Virus record (IMG/VR): IMGVR_UViG_2529292904_000021
Coordinates: 1 to 18,880 of that record
Source: a virus
Lineage: Duplodnaviria; Heunggongvirae; Uroviricota; Caudoviricetes
DNA: 18,880 bases
Reading direction: 5' to 3' (one strand)
Below the pieces are notes generated by a model. It saw only the letters and a program-made list of their open reading frames with translations, had not been told where the DNA came from and made no database searches. Shown here piece by piece: positions 1 through 8,932 of this stretch (within the stretch, counting starts at the first letter, position 1; each line of letters starts with the position of its first letter). Both the position numbers and the translations under genes were made by a program.

Positions 1-944
<944 letters not shown>

Positions 945-1136
945 GAATCCTCCCGGCCGGGATAATATTGTGAGTAAAATGAGGAGCGGGCTGAAGTCCG
1001 GAAGTTACAGGACAATGGCAGAAGAGAGACAACAGCCCGCAATACGAAAAAGGCCGCGCTATTGCGCAGAGTGATTACTGTCGGATATTATTCGCCAGCT
1101 GAAATATTACTTCACGTTTTGTTGTTTATTCCTTGC

Positions 1137-1200
1137 CGCCCGCGTCTCCCTGCGCGGGCTTTTTTTGTCCATAAGAAAGCCCCTCCGGAGAGGGGCTGGA
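1137..1200. terminator. Pair of GC-rich hairpins with flanking T/A runs (possible bidirectional terminator) between the tRNA cluster and the esterase gene
   Basis: cccgcgtctccctgcgcggg followed by TTTTTTT on the + strand; gcccctctccggaggggc followed by TTTCTT on the minus strand. Confidence 0.4.
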
Positions 1201-1433
1201 GAGTGGCGCTATGTGCCATTGCATGGTGCCGGGTGCCTCCCGGTGAATTCAGTACCAGCACCTGAATCCGCGATTATCCCATATACCTACTCGCTGATTG
1301 CCCCTCCGCACAGGGGGATTCACCATGCCAGTTTCTTTTAACAAACTCCCCGCAAACCAGACAACAGTCAACCGCCTGAATTGTGAGACATTTAAAAAAA
1401 AGGCCCGCAAAAGCGAGCCAGGGAAAATAAGTG

Positions 1434-1510
1434 TGGCGCGTTGTACTGGATTCGAACCAGTGACCGATTGCTTAGAAGGCAATTGCTCTGTCCGGCTGAG
1501 CTAACAACGC
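1434..1510 (-). tRNA. tRNA-Arg (anticodon UCU), phage argN/argO-type
   Basis: Reverse complement GCGTTGTTAGCTCAGCCGGACAGAGCAATTGCCTTCTAAGCAATCGGTCACTGGTTCGAATCCAGTACAACGCGCCA folds as a cloverleaf: 7-bp acceptor, GCTC/GAGC D-stem, anticodon loop CTTCTAA, T-loop TTCGAAT, encoded CCA. Confidence 0.8.
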
Positions 1511-1523
1511 AGGATACAGATAA

Positions 1524-1600
1524 TGGACCGCCTTCGGGGACCCGAACTCCGCGCAACCAGCTTCGAAAGCTGGCGCTCTTTCCTGATGAGCTAATGGCGG
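1524..1600 (-). tRNA. tRNA-Arg (anticodon UCG), phage-type; T-loop is non-canonical, so a pseudo-tRNA is possible
   Basis: Reverse complement CCGCCATTAGCTCATCAGGAAAGAGCGCCAGCTTTCGAAGCTGGTTGCGCGGAGTTCGGGTCCCCGAAGGCGGTCCA. D-arm and anticodon arm (loop TTTCGAA) are clean; the T-arm has one mismatch and loop TTCGGGT. Confidence 0.55.
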
Positions 1601-1607
1601 TATGTGA

Positions 1608-1683
1608 TGGTGGCCCTTGCTGGATTTGAACCAGCGACCTGGCGATTATGAGTCGCTCGCTCTCACCACTGAGCTAAAGGGCC
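1608..1683 (-). tRNA. tRNA-Ile2 (anticodon CAU, ileX/ileZ-like; would be scored Met by anticodon alone)
   Basis: Reverse complement GGCCCTTTAGCTCAGTGGTGAGAGCGAGCGACTCATAATCGCCAGGTCGCTGGTTCAAATCCAGCAAGGGCCACCA closely resembles E. coli ileX. Together with the two Arg tRNAs it forms the ileZ-argN-argO-type triplet found downstream of Q in lambdoid/Stx phages. Confidence 0.8.
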
Positions 1684-1711
1684 GGGTCAAAAAATAATAA
1701 TCAGATGAAAA

Positions 1712-2425
1712 TCAATAATCAAGCCCTTGCCTGGATACATATCTGTCTGGCGGGAAGCCATAATAGCGGTGAAATACAGAAATAAAGTAGGACCAGCTTG
1801 AATAACCGCATTTTTCTGCTACAGCCTGTCCATATCCATGCCGGGAACATAACATATTGACAGCAACACGCATCCGCTCTTCCAGCAACAAGCGACTGAA
1901 CATGTGCCCTTCATTTTTCAGTTTTATCTTTAACAAACTCTCACTCATATGCAGGCGTAACGCAATCGCACCAAGCGTCCAGCTTGCTGATATATCTGTC
2001 TGAATTATCGCCCTGACTTTGGCACTTATACTGGATAAACATCCACTTAAAAATAATAATATCCGTTCATCTGATTCAAACAGCGACAGGCATACCATCA
2101 TAAGAAACATATCCGTGGTATCTCCGGAAAATCTCTGGCTGGTAATTAAAGCCTCAACCAACGCAGGGTTGTTGGGTTCCAGTGACAGATAAAGCGGAAC
2201 GTCAGTCAGATGAGTTCTTGTCAGCTTATGCTGAATTTCCAGATATTGACTTACTATGGAATGGTTTATATCGAAAATTTTAACTTTGCCATAATGCATA
2301 AGGAAAAGCGCCCTGATGCATTTGGTGGCCAGAACGACTGAGCCGGGCTTAAGTGACAACGTATCCTTTTCAAGAAAAATATTAATTGGGGAGCAAACCA
2401 TGATAACTGAACAGACAACAACCAT
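1712..2425 (-). CDS. AraC/XylS-family transcriptional regulator (AppY/GadX-like small prophage regulator)
   Basis: C-terminal AraC-type double HTH (LLKIKLKNEGHMFSRLLLEERMRVAVNMLC...AVAEKCGYSSWSYFISVFHRYYGFPP). The N-terminal region resembles the AppY/YdeO class. AT-rich gene; N-terminal start codon uncertain. Confidence 0.75.
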   Translation of the reverse strand: MVVVCSVIMVCSPINIFLEKDTLSLKPGSVVLATKCIRALFLMHYGKVKIFDINHSIVSQYLEIQHKLTRTHLTDVPLYLSLEPNNPALVEALITSQRFSGDTTDMFLMMVCLSLFESDERILLFLSGCLSSISAKVRAIIQTDISASWTLGAIALRLHMSESLLKIKLKNEGHMFSRLLLEERMRVAVNMLCSRHGYGQAVAEKCGYSSWSYFISVFHRYYGFPPDRYVSRQGLDY

Positions 2426-2519
2426 TATAATTTTACTTTCATTAGCAATTGGTTAGTTCAATTATAGCCCCAAAAGGTAAATTATCATCAACACATAAGC
2501 AAAGGACTGACAGGTGCCG

Positions 2520-2759
2520 CTAACACCCACCAGCCGCCCATTTACCACAAATAAAAAAGCCTTCAGGACTGAAGGCGTCTGTAACAACCGAACTGATAGT
2601 CTGCCAGACCCGCATAACCAGCAGGGTCAGTATTAACTGGCAGCGCTCGCGTGAAAGGTACGTATTCTGCGCAATCTCCCCAACCGTCGCCGGTTCGGTG
2701 ACGCTTAATTCATCAAACACAACTCTGGCGGTTTCTGTCATATCCTGCTGTTTCAGCAT
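2520..2759 (-). CDS. Hypothetical 79-aa ORF; may instead be a short non-coding late leader transcript
   Basis: Track ORF with a weak SD. An intrinsic terminator hairpin (gccttcag...ctgaaggc plus T-run, ~2553-2580) lies inside its 3' end, which argues against the full ORF being translated. Confidence 0.25.
   Translation of the reverse strand: MLKQQDMTETARVVFDELSVTEPATVGEIAQNTYLSRERCQLILTLLVMRVWQTISSVVTDAFSPEGFFICGKWAAGGC
2553..2580 (-). terminator. Rho-independent terminator (candidate tR'-like)
   Basis: Minus-strand reading agacGCCTTCAGtccTGAAGGCttttttatttg. Confidence 0.55.
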
Positions 2760-2882
2760 GTCTTTTTACCCTTTCCGGTTAACGTGACACACCAATAACT
2801 CTTGTCGAAAAAGCCAGCAAGCTGAAAGACCTGTATTAATAACTACCAGCACATTTAACGCACTGCGCTACTTTGCGGGCAC

Positions 2883-2905
2883 AAAAAACCCGCTCAGAGG
2901 CGGGG
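2883..2905 (-). terminator. Rho-independent terminator downstream of the CPBP protease gene
   Basis: Minus-strand reading accCCGCCtctgaGCGGGttttttgtg. Confidence 0.55.
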
Positions 2906-3045
2906 TCAAGCTATGCGGCGAAATAACCACTCTTAACAGCATACCTGATTTTTTACGTACGTAAATGCTTTGCCGTGCATATTTTTCATGCAAATGTCAC
3001 GTCCTGCTATTTTTCAGTCTTATAAATTTAAAACCATAGAAAAAA

Positions 3046-3870
3046 TCAATTATGTTTTAAAAATGGATAGGTAAAGAATAACAAGTGACACAGATTCAAA
3101 CCAAAATGGAAAAGGGTGGCAACCCACAAACGCCCACTCCACATCCATGACAATCCATACACAACACCAGATAACGTGGCAAATAATACAAGTAAAGCAC
3201 CACCTGAATAGTGAAAAAAACCAAACAACAAAGCCGCCACAATTAATGCAACCAATGGAGACGTTACTTCTGATAGCCGTGATTGAATATACCCTCTAAA
3301 TAATGATTCCTCTGCCAGAGACACAAAAAACAAATTAGCCAATATAAACTCTGGCAACCACTCAGGAAAATGAATCTCTGGCTTTAATCCACCAAAAAAA
3401 ACAGCCAAAAACAGGATAAGAGGAACAGAGAGCGACAGAGCCCCCCACTTCCACAAAGACACTTCTGATTTTACTTCTTTTTTAAACAAAGAAGATGTAC
3501 ACAGGACTAACAAAAATGGCACCAGCGCTTTATCAAAATTAAAATACATTGTATAGGGAGTGCTTTGAGGGCCAACAGTAACAGAATTTAGCACTACAGG
3601 ATTGTGAAACCCTGGCCATAGATGGAAAGATAATGCTATGGCTGATAAAACCATGCCAACTTCATATATAGATTTAGCCCAGGCGTTATATTTCCAGTTG
3701 AACTTCAAAATAATAAAAAAAACGATTGTAGCAACAAAAAATAACACCGACCAATCAATAATATCATTAAGCACAGCCAGGACAACAGACACCGTCAACA
3801 ATGAAAAAGCCACTACCTTATGCCAACTGAGAGTTGACAGTGACAGTACTAACACAATCCACATAAGCAC
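3046..3870 (-). CDS. CPBP-family intramembrane metalloprotease (CAAX protease / Abi family, PF02517-like)
   Basis: Polytopic hydrophobic protein carrying the three CPBP signature motifs in order: EExxxR (AEESLFRGY), FxxxH (FGFFHYSGG), HxxxN (FHFGLNL). Strong RBS AAAGGAG 5 nt before the ATG. Markedly AT-rich. Confidence 0.8.
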   Translation of the reverse strand: MLMWIVLVLSLSTLSWHKVVAFSLLTVSVVLAVLNDIIDWSVLFFVATIVFFIILKFNWKYNAWAKSIYEVGMVLSAIALSFHLWPGFHNPVVLNSVTVGPQSTPYTMYFNFDKALVPFLLVLCTSSLFKKEVKSEVSLWKWGALSLSVPLILFLAVFFGGLKPEIHFPEWLPEFILANLFFVSLAEESLFRGYIQSRLSEVTSPLVALIVAALLFGFFHYSGGALLVLFATLSGVVYGLSWMWSGRLWVATLFHFGLNLCHLLFFTYPFLKHN

Positions 3871-4016
3871 TCCTTTTATTTAATGATGAAGATTGATTAT
3901 CAATATTTTCAATTCACCAGGCAACATTTTATCTACCTTCCACAATACATGACCATCAAAAAAATAAACATGTTAATTATAAACGCAGAAAACATAACCC
4001 TCATCACTATATATCC

Positions 4017-4388
4017 CTACCGCATATCCATATCTAACCGGACATTCAGAGCCATAAGCATTCCTTCAATAATACCTTCCGCTTTATAAAGCCTTTTACC
4101 AATAAGCCCATCAGAACATCTATGCTTACGTGCAAGAGCCATAAATGTCATTCCACCTACGTAATAATCCACCAACAAATCGTGCAAATACTGATTATTC
4201 TTGTTTAATCGTGCCATACAACCACAAATTATCATGGCGTCATCATCAGAACACTGAGGACGTGATTTCACTTTAGTCGGGATTAATCCTTTAAAACCAG
4301 CAGCTATCGAGGGCCATGTTACATCTTCATGATTATTTGCTGCCCATGCCCCCCATCGCTCAAGAACCATCTGGATATCACGCGCCAT
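4017..4388 (-). CDS. quuD: Late-gene antiterminator Q (QuuD / phage-82 Q family)
   Basis: [37 protein letters not shown]...CGCMARL...[18 protein letters not shown] matches DLP12 QuuD as I recall it. Track ORF is 4017..4397; the internal Met at 4388 matches the QuuD start. Confidence 0.85.
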   Translation of the reverse strand: MARDIQMVLERWGAWAANNHEDVTWPSIAAGFKGLIPTKVKSRPQCSDDDAMIICGCMARLNKNNQYLHDLLVDYYVGGMTFMALARKHRCSDGLIGKRLYKAEGIIEGMLMALNVRLDMDMR

Positions 4389-4749
4389 CGTTACCACCTC
4401 TGATTTCGTAAATCTTCACGCCCAGCCGTCCACCTGGCACAGGCTGACCGCGCACAATATTGATTTCATCAAACTGCTCGTCATCAATGAGCACTTCCGC
4501 ATGCGTCAGCGCATCCAGCGGTGCTTTCAGAATGTTGTCCAGGTCACGGCGGCGCTTATCCGGTGGTTCTGCAATAATTTTTATTGCCAGCCGTCCGGAC
4601 AGGCTTAATTTCAGCCGCTGCTGGCGAACAATAAGCGCCACAGCCCGGCGATAACGCTCACCGGCTTTTGATACAAAATATGTGCTGCCACGACGTCGCC
4701 AGTAGGTGTTCACCGTCGGCGGGTAAGGCAAAACAAACTCTATACGCAT
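4378..4749 (-). CDS. rusA: Holliday-junction resolvase RusA
   Basis: RusA family signature ...[30 protein letters not shown]... with length ~120 aa; lies immediately upstream of Q as in DLP12. Confidence 0.85.
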   Translation of the reverse strand: MRIEFVLPYPPTVNTYWRRRGSTYFVSKAGERYRRAVALIVRQQRLKLSLSGRLAIKIIAEPPDKRRRDLDNILKAPLDALTHAEVLIDDEQFDEINIVRGQPVPGGRLGVKIYEIRGGNDGA

Positions 4750-4761
4750 CAGTAACCTCTT

Positions 4762-5811
4762 TTACCCGAGCACGCCGGTTGCAAAAGCGTGATCAAGAAA
4801 ACGAAAAATTAAATCAACCTGGGAACCATGCTTTTCTTCGAGCGCCAGCGGATCCGCATGAAGCTCGTTGTGATGCTCCCGACACAGCGGTAGCGTGAAA
4901 ATATCGTGGGATTTTGTTCCCATTCCACCCTGACCATGACCAATCAGATGATGAGGATCGTCCGCTGGCTTACCACAACACGCACACGGCTGTGTCTTTA
5001 CCCAGCGTGTGTATTTCTCATTTACCCAGCGGCGACGTTTAGGTCGTTTCATGAAAGATTCCGGAGACTCAGGATCAACGGCAATGCTGACCACCGTCTT
5101 TTCCTGTGGTGGGTTCTGTTGCTGGTGGGCGTGAGGCAGCGGCGCAAGATTTTTTGTGCGCTGTTTCAGTATGCTGGTGGCGGTCTGCTCTCCCGGTACG
5201 ATGTCGCTTTCGCGGTACACCGAGCAGATTTTTTCCGCTGGTAATCCCAGCGAGCGACGTAATACCGCTTCCGGTAGCGCGTCCGCCAGCTGATTGCGGA
5301 CCGCCCACCAGGATAATTCAGCCAGAGATAATTCACGCTCCTGCGTACCGCTTATTGCGTGACCGATGACGTCAATCATCCATGCTGACAGGTTTTGATG
5401 AGCAAGTTGCTCGAGTGATTCGGATGTCTGGTCACGCAGCTGGTTGTCGCAGTGCCAGCACAACACCATTGCGCCGGTACCATAACGGTGAATAACGGTT
5501 TCACTGTGATGATAGTCACCATGAGGCCACTGGCAGGATTTGACATGACGCAACAGCCAGTCAGACAGTGCACCAGCGCCACCAACAGCACGAATCACAC
5601 GCTCATTGCTGAAAAACGGCAGTAATGATTTATCCTCCACCAGCGGCTGGCGAACAGTGGGAACCGCTCCGGATGGCAGCGCCCGCATGTTTTTCGGTTC
5701 CGGCTCAACCAGCACCCTGCTGTGATGAAAAACCGGCAGTGATTCGCGCCCGGGCTTAAGGACCACCAGCCCGAGTTCCGGTACCGGAACAGGTCGAAGT
5801 AATACCCGCAC
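4762..5811 (-). CDS. ydfU: DUF968-domain protein (YdfU-like) with C-terminal HNH-like zinc-finger motif
   Basis: 349 aa, same length and position as Qin YdfU. C-terminus CACCGKPADDPHHLIGHGQGG...CREHHNELH resembles an HNH/Zn-ribbon motif. Confidence 0.7.
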   Translation of the reverse strand: MRVLLRPVPVPELGLVVLKPGRESLPVFHHSRVLVEPEPKNMRALPSGAVPTVRQPLVEDKSLLPFFSNERVIRAVGGAGALSDWLLRHVKSCQWPHGDYHHSETVIHRYGTGAMVLCWHCDNQLRDQTSESLEQLAHQNLSAWMIDVIGHAISGTQERELSLAELSWWAVRNQLADALPEAVLRRSLGLPAEKICSVYRESDIVPGEQTATSILKQRTKNLAPLPHAHQQQNPPQEKTVVSIAVDPESPESFMKRPKRRRWVNEKYTRWVKTQPCACCGKPADDPHHLIGHGQGGMGTKSHDIFTLPLCREHHNELHADPLALEEKHGSQVDLIFRFLDHAFATGVLG

Positions 5812-5812
5812 G

Positions 5813-6091
5813 TTACCTCCAGATGCGTTGCTGGAATGTGCGGGACGGACGCGGTGGGCGCTCGGAGTACGGCAGCCTGACGTAGATTATCCAGTGACGA
5901 TAATCGAGGCTGAGGGCTTTCCTAAACTCATACCCACGTCTGCGGTAGTTCTGAATCAGCCATTCGGCCTGTTCTTCAGTGCATGGGGCGTGCCGGAACC
6001 AGTCAGATTTGAATGCATGAGAACGCCGCCCGTGCCTGCTGGCAAAGACGGCTGAATTATCAGAATTGTGTAGTCTGGAATTTTGCGCCAT
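5813..6091 (-). CDS. Hypothetical phage protein (Rem-position gene of Qin-like prophages)
   Basis: Track ORF abutting the DUF968 start; no recognisable motif. Assigned by position only. Confidence 0.4.
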   Translation of the reverse strand: MAQNSRLHNSDNSAVFASRHGRRSHAFKSDWFRHAPCTEEQAEWLIQNYRRRGYEFRKALSLDYRHWIIYVRLPYSERPPRPSRTFQQRIWR

Positions 6092-6160
6092 CGGCTTTCT
6101 CCGGTGGCACAGTGTTACTCAACAGGGGTTCAGCCCTGCGCTGAATTGTAGATGAATTCA

Positions 6161-6418
6161 CTAATCTTCAAAAGCAGAAAAACCAGCCTTAATCCCAGCT
6201 TCTTTCAGAGACGGCAACGATGTGACAAATTCATTTGCACGCAAAATAAAACCATCCGTCACAAGCCCATCCACAAAGTAAATTAACGCAGCTCCACTCT
6301 TCCTATGTAGAGACTGTAAACATTTAATACGGCAGTGGCTGACAATAGCGCCATTCTCAACGCGCACAGTATAGAGGCCATCTTCACTAAAAATTTCACG
6401 TAATTCTTCGATTTTCAT
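6161..6418 (-). CDS. Hypothetical 85-aa protein
   Basis: Track ORF 6161..6466; the internal Met (MKIEELREIF...) is preceded by GGAAGGA at good spacing, so 6418 is the likely start. No known motif. Confidence 0.45.
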   Translation of the reverse strand: MKIEELREIFSEDGLYTVRVENGAIVSHCRIKCLQSLHRKSGAALIYFVDGLVTDGFILRANEFVTSLPSLKEAGIKAGFSAFED

Positions 6419-6550
6419 CAACAGAATCCTTCCAGATAAATAGCACTCCCCCTGTTCGGGGTCCATCCCTCTTCTCCCTGCGCGCTACTTAAGTATTTTT
6501 GATTCTATTCTGGCACCGTCCAAAACTTCAAACACGTTGAAAATAAAAAC

Positions 6551-6572
6551 AAAAAACCCGCCGAAGCGGGTA
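6551..6572 (-). terminator. Rho-independent terminator (copy 1 of a duplicated hairpin)
   Basis: + strand aaaaaaCCCGCcgaaGCGGGt, which is hairpin plus U-run on the minus strand, directly after the stop of the HTH-peptidase gene. Confidence 0.65.
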
Positions 6573-6575
6573 TAC

Positions 6576-7682
6576 TCAAACAATCTGGAAAATATTTCTT
6601 GGATTTGTAATAGGTCTGTTGATGGAGAACAACTCACGAATTAAATCTTGGCTCAAGCCAGTTTTCATAAGAATTCTTAGCCAGGTTGCATCATCCAGCA
6701 TTTCAATCGCCTCGGCCAGCATGCCGGGTTCTTCAGGGCGCAAAAGTTCATCACCAGGTTCAACTCTCGTATACCCTCTGGAATTAAGATGCATATAGCC
6801 AGTTCTTGCCTGTTCCTGGGTCAATAAGCCTAATGCGCTGGCTCGATAAATACACATTTTAAGGCTGATTTTCCATCTAAGTTTAAATTCAACCAGAGCA
6901 TTCCAGTCGAATTGCTTACCTCGTATTCGTGGAAATTCTTTAATGAAAGATAACCTGGGAACTAATAAGGCGCTCGAAAAGTGATCGGCTTGTGATTCCG
7001 TAAGTTTATCACCTGTCGTTATGCCCTCATGCATTACTAAATGCCCTAATTCATGACCTAAATCAGAGCGAAATCTACATATGCTTTTTTTAACATTGTT
7101 CCTGATGATAACAGGCCTGTTATTGTGAACAGTAAAAGCATCAACACGATCATCGACTCCCGTAACATGCGCAACGATTACCCCTAAACTCTCCGCCAAT
7201 TTAACCATTGATGATATAGGGCCAAGACCTAAATTCCAGGCACGGCGACAATCTTCTGCCACTCGCTCAATATCATTCGGAGTAAGTAATTCAGCCCCTG
7301 GGTGCTCCGGTATGTTAACGTCAGGAAATTCGATTTCACCTTCAACAGCAGAAATTATAATATTAAGAATCTCAGCCCTGGCCAATACACTATTAGTCAG
7401 CGTTTGAGTCCTGGACTTCTTACTCCGAAAATGGCAGACATCACTTTCCAGAGCGTATTTTCGTTCAGTAAAAAGAAAACTGGACTTAATCATAAGCGCT
7501 GAAGATATTAACTCAAGACATTGCTCCGATGGCCTGCACCCCTTCTCCAGTTTGCTAACAAATTGCTTTGTCTTGCCAATTTTTTCGGCTAACTCTTCAC
7601 AAGAAAGCCCAACAGCCATTCTCGCTAGTTTGAGCTTATCACCCCGATACTCAGTGAAGTTATTCACCTGATGTTCCATCAC
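6576..7682 (-). CDS. Fused XRE-family HTH regulator / ImmA-IrrE (M78, COG2856) zinc metallopeptidase
   Basis: N-terminal HTH (LKLARMAVGLSCEELAEKIGKTKQFVSKLEKG); HEXXH zinc motif (DLGHELGHLVMHEG) inside an ImmA/IrrE-like region. Start overlaps the upstream gene by 23 bp. Confidence 0.8.
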   Translation of the reverse strand: MMEHQVNNFTEYRGDKLKLARMAVGLSCEELAEKIGKTKQFVSKLEKGCRPSEQCLELISSALMIKSSFLFTERKYALESDVCHFRSKKSRTQTLTNSVLARAEILNIIISAVEGEIEFPDVNIPEHPGAELLTPNDIERVAEDCRRAWNLGLGPISSMVKLAESLGVIVAHVTGVDDRVDAFTVHNNRPVIIRNNVKKSICRFRSDLGHELGHLVMHEGITTGDKLTESQADHFSSALLVPRLSFIKEFPRIRGKQFDWNALVEFKLRWKISLKMCIYRASALGLLTQEQARTGYMHLNSRGYTRVEPGDELLRPEEPGMLAEAIEMLDDATWLRILMKTGLSQDLIRELFSINRPITNPRNIFQIV

Positions 7683-8340
7683 TGCTCACATCCAAATCTT
7701 TATCCTTCGTACGCCGACGAAGAGGCACCTTATTAATCTCCGCTTCGTCAGGGAGTGTGTTATAATCAAGAGGCATAAGCGGCATCGATGCTGTAGATTG
7801 ATGAGAAACTATACTAATCTGAGCACCATAAGTATTAAATCCAACAAGAGCTACCTCCCAACGAGGCAGTGTGGACTCTAATTCACCATCGCCCTCTTCG
7901 GATAAAAAAGGCTCAGCTATGACTCGCCATGTAATATCTTGCTCAGCCTCAACATCACCAAACAATGAGAGCTGCTCATACTCTACTTTATTTCGACGCA
8001 GACGATGTTTCTTTTTGGGGTTATTAATGCAATCTTTGGTAAATTGTAGCGGAACTTTATTTAAAGCAACTACATAGTCCACCCCCTTGGAAATCATCTC
8101 AAGGCCAGGAATTGCATCTTCATTTTGAATAAGATGATTTCTGACCCAATCATAAGCCCTTACACCTTCAGACCAGTTGCTGTCTAATGCGTGCTTATGA
8201 TAGTACAGCTGCTCAAGTACGTTAGCGATCTCCGCCAACAAGTGGCGAACATAGTTTTCAGCAAGATAAGGTTGAAATTCCCAACAAGGAGCTAACTGAT
8301 TTTCATTCATTTCAAGTTTCGCTTTTTTTAGAATTCGCAA
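7660..8340 (-). CDS. Hypothetical 226-aa protein, upstream partner of the HTH-ImmA gene
   Basis: Track ORF, apparently with a TTG start at 8340; alternative ATG near 8310 (MNENQLAPCWEF...). No recognisable domain. Overlaps and is co-oriented with the peptidase gene. Confidence 0.55.
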   Translation of the reverse strand: MRILKKAKLEMNENQLAPCWEFQPYLAENYVRHLLAEIANVLEQLYYHKHALDSNWSEGVRAYDWVRNHLIQNEDAIPGLEMISKGVDYVVALNKVPLQFTKDCINNPKKKHRLRRNKVEYEQLSLFGDVEAEQDITWRVIAEPFLSEEGDGELESTLPRWEVALVGFNTYGAQISIVSHQSTASMPLMPLDYNTLPDEAEINKVPLRRRTKDKDLDVSSDGTSGE

Positions 8341-8349
8341 ACCACATAT

Positions 8350-8385
8350 TTTCGCATTTTTCTATTTTTGTCAACCAGGCTAATG
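8350..8385 (-). promoter_or_regulatory. Candidate sigma70 promoter for the two-gene cassette
   Basis: Perfect -35 TTGACA on the minus strand (+ strand tgtcaa ~8367-8372), followed ~17 nt later by an A/T-rich -10-like AAATAT/TATGTG, sited between the hokD terminator and the cassette start. Confidence 0.4.
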
Positions 8386-8408
8386 CAAAAACCCGCCGAA
8401 GCGGGTTA
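8386..8408 (-). terminator. Rho-independent terminator of hokD (copy 2 of the duplicated hairpin)
   Basis: + strand caaaaaCCCGCcgaaGCGGGt, identical core to 6551-6572. Preceded on the minus strand by a second GC hairpin (ggcgggagattactcccccgcc, ~8440-8462) that resembles the hok fold-back element. Confidence 0.65.
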
Positions 8409-8475
8409 AGTGCGGGTGCGTTGAGGATGCCTGGCACATCAGAGGTGGCGGGAGATTACTCCCCCGCCGGGTCTC

Positions 8476-8631
8476 TTACTCCTCAGGTTCGTAAGCTGTG
8501 AAGACAGCGACCTCCGTCTGGCCGGTTCGGATTCGTACCTCGCAGAGGTCTTTCCTCGTTACCAGTGCCGTCACTATGACGGTTAAACAGATGACGATCA
8601 GGGCGATTAACATCGCCTTTTGCTGCTTCAT
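8476..8631 (-). CDS. hokD: Hok/Gef-family type I toxin HokD (RelF)
   Basis: Not in the ORF track (51 aa). My translation is MKQQKAMLIALIVICLTVIVTALVTRKDLCEVRIRTGQTEVAVFTAYEPEE, which matches E. coli HokD as I recall it. SD AAGGAG sits 9 nt upstream. Confidence 0.85.
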   Translation of the reverse strand: MKQQKAMLIALIVICLTVIVTALVTRKDLCEVRIRTGQTEVAVFTAYEPEE

Positions 8632-8842
8632 AGCCTGCTTCTCCTTGACCTTTTGGTCCGTAAGAGGCTAATCTCTATGTGTCGCATAGATATGGCCTCA
8701 GATTAATGTTAAGCGTCTTGCAGGACGCGTAATGTTAACTGGGGCTTTTCTCTATCTGCCTTTTGGTGTTCATGCCTGAGGCAGATAGCCTCAAGCACCC
8801 GCAGCAATTCTACTTAACTCCCGTCACCTCGCCAATATAAAA

Positions 8843-8932
8843 TCAATCAGAAAGGCGATCCATAAGAACAATAGCAAGACAATAAATTGCCACTACAGCC
8901 GCAATAGCCAGCGCGCATTTGAGAACCAGCAC
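8843..8932 (-). CDS. Candidate 29-aa hydrophobic small protein (GTG start)
   Basis: AGGAGG SD 5 nt upstream of GTG; translation MLVLKCALAIAAVVAIYCLAIVLMDRLSD is a single transmembrane-like helix. Unsupported beyond sequence features. Confidence 0.3.
   Translation of the reverse strand: MLVLKCALAIAAVVAIYCLAIVLMDRLSD

Noticed and set aside
1062-1629. ORFs 1062..1265 (+), 1249..1482 (-), 1298..1504 (+), 1441..1629 (+)
   Set aside because: They run through terminator hairpins and the tRNA genes; translations are low-complexity with no start context. These are tRNA and intergenic sequence.
1430-1700. Possible stx genes downstream of the tRNA triplet
   Set aside because: Only ~490 bp separates the tRNAs from the esterase gene and no ORF resembling StxA or StxB is present.
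3638-4089. ORFs 3638..3883 (+) and 3883..4089 (+)
   Set aside because: Antisense to the CPBP gene or within the AT-rich Q-CPBP intergenic region; AT-rich artefacts.
4460-6055. ORFs 4460..4654, 4668..4898, 4906..5244, 5106..5369, 5828..6055 (+) and 5075..5308, 5376..5591 (-)
   Set aside because: All overlap the rusA, DUF968 and rem-position genes in other frames, with Arg/Cys-rich junk translations typical of GC-rich antisense frames.
7302-8077. ORFs 7302..7502 (+) and 7871..8077 (+)
   Set aside because: Antisense to the cassette genes; no signals.
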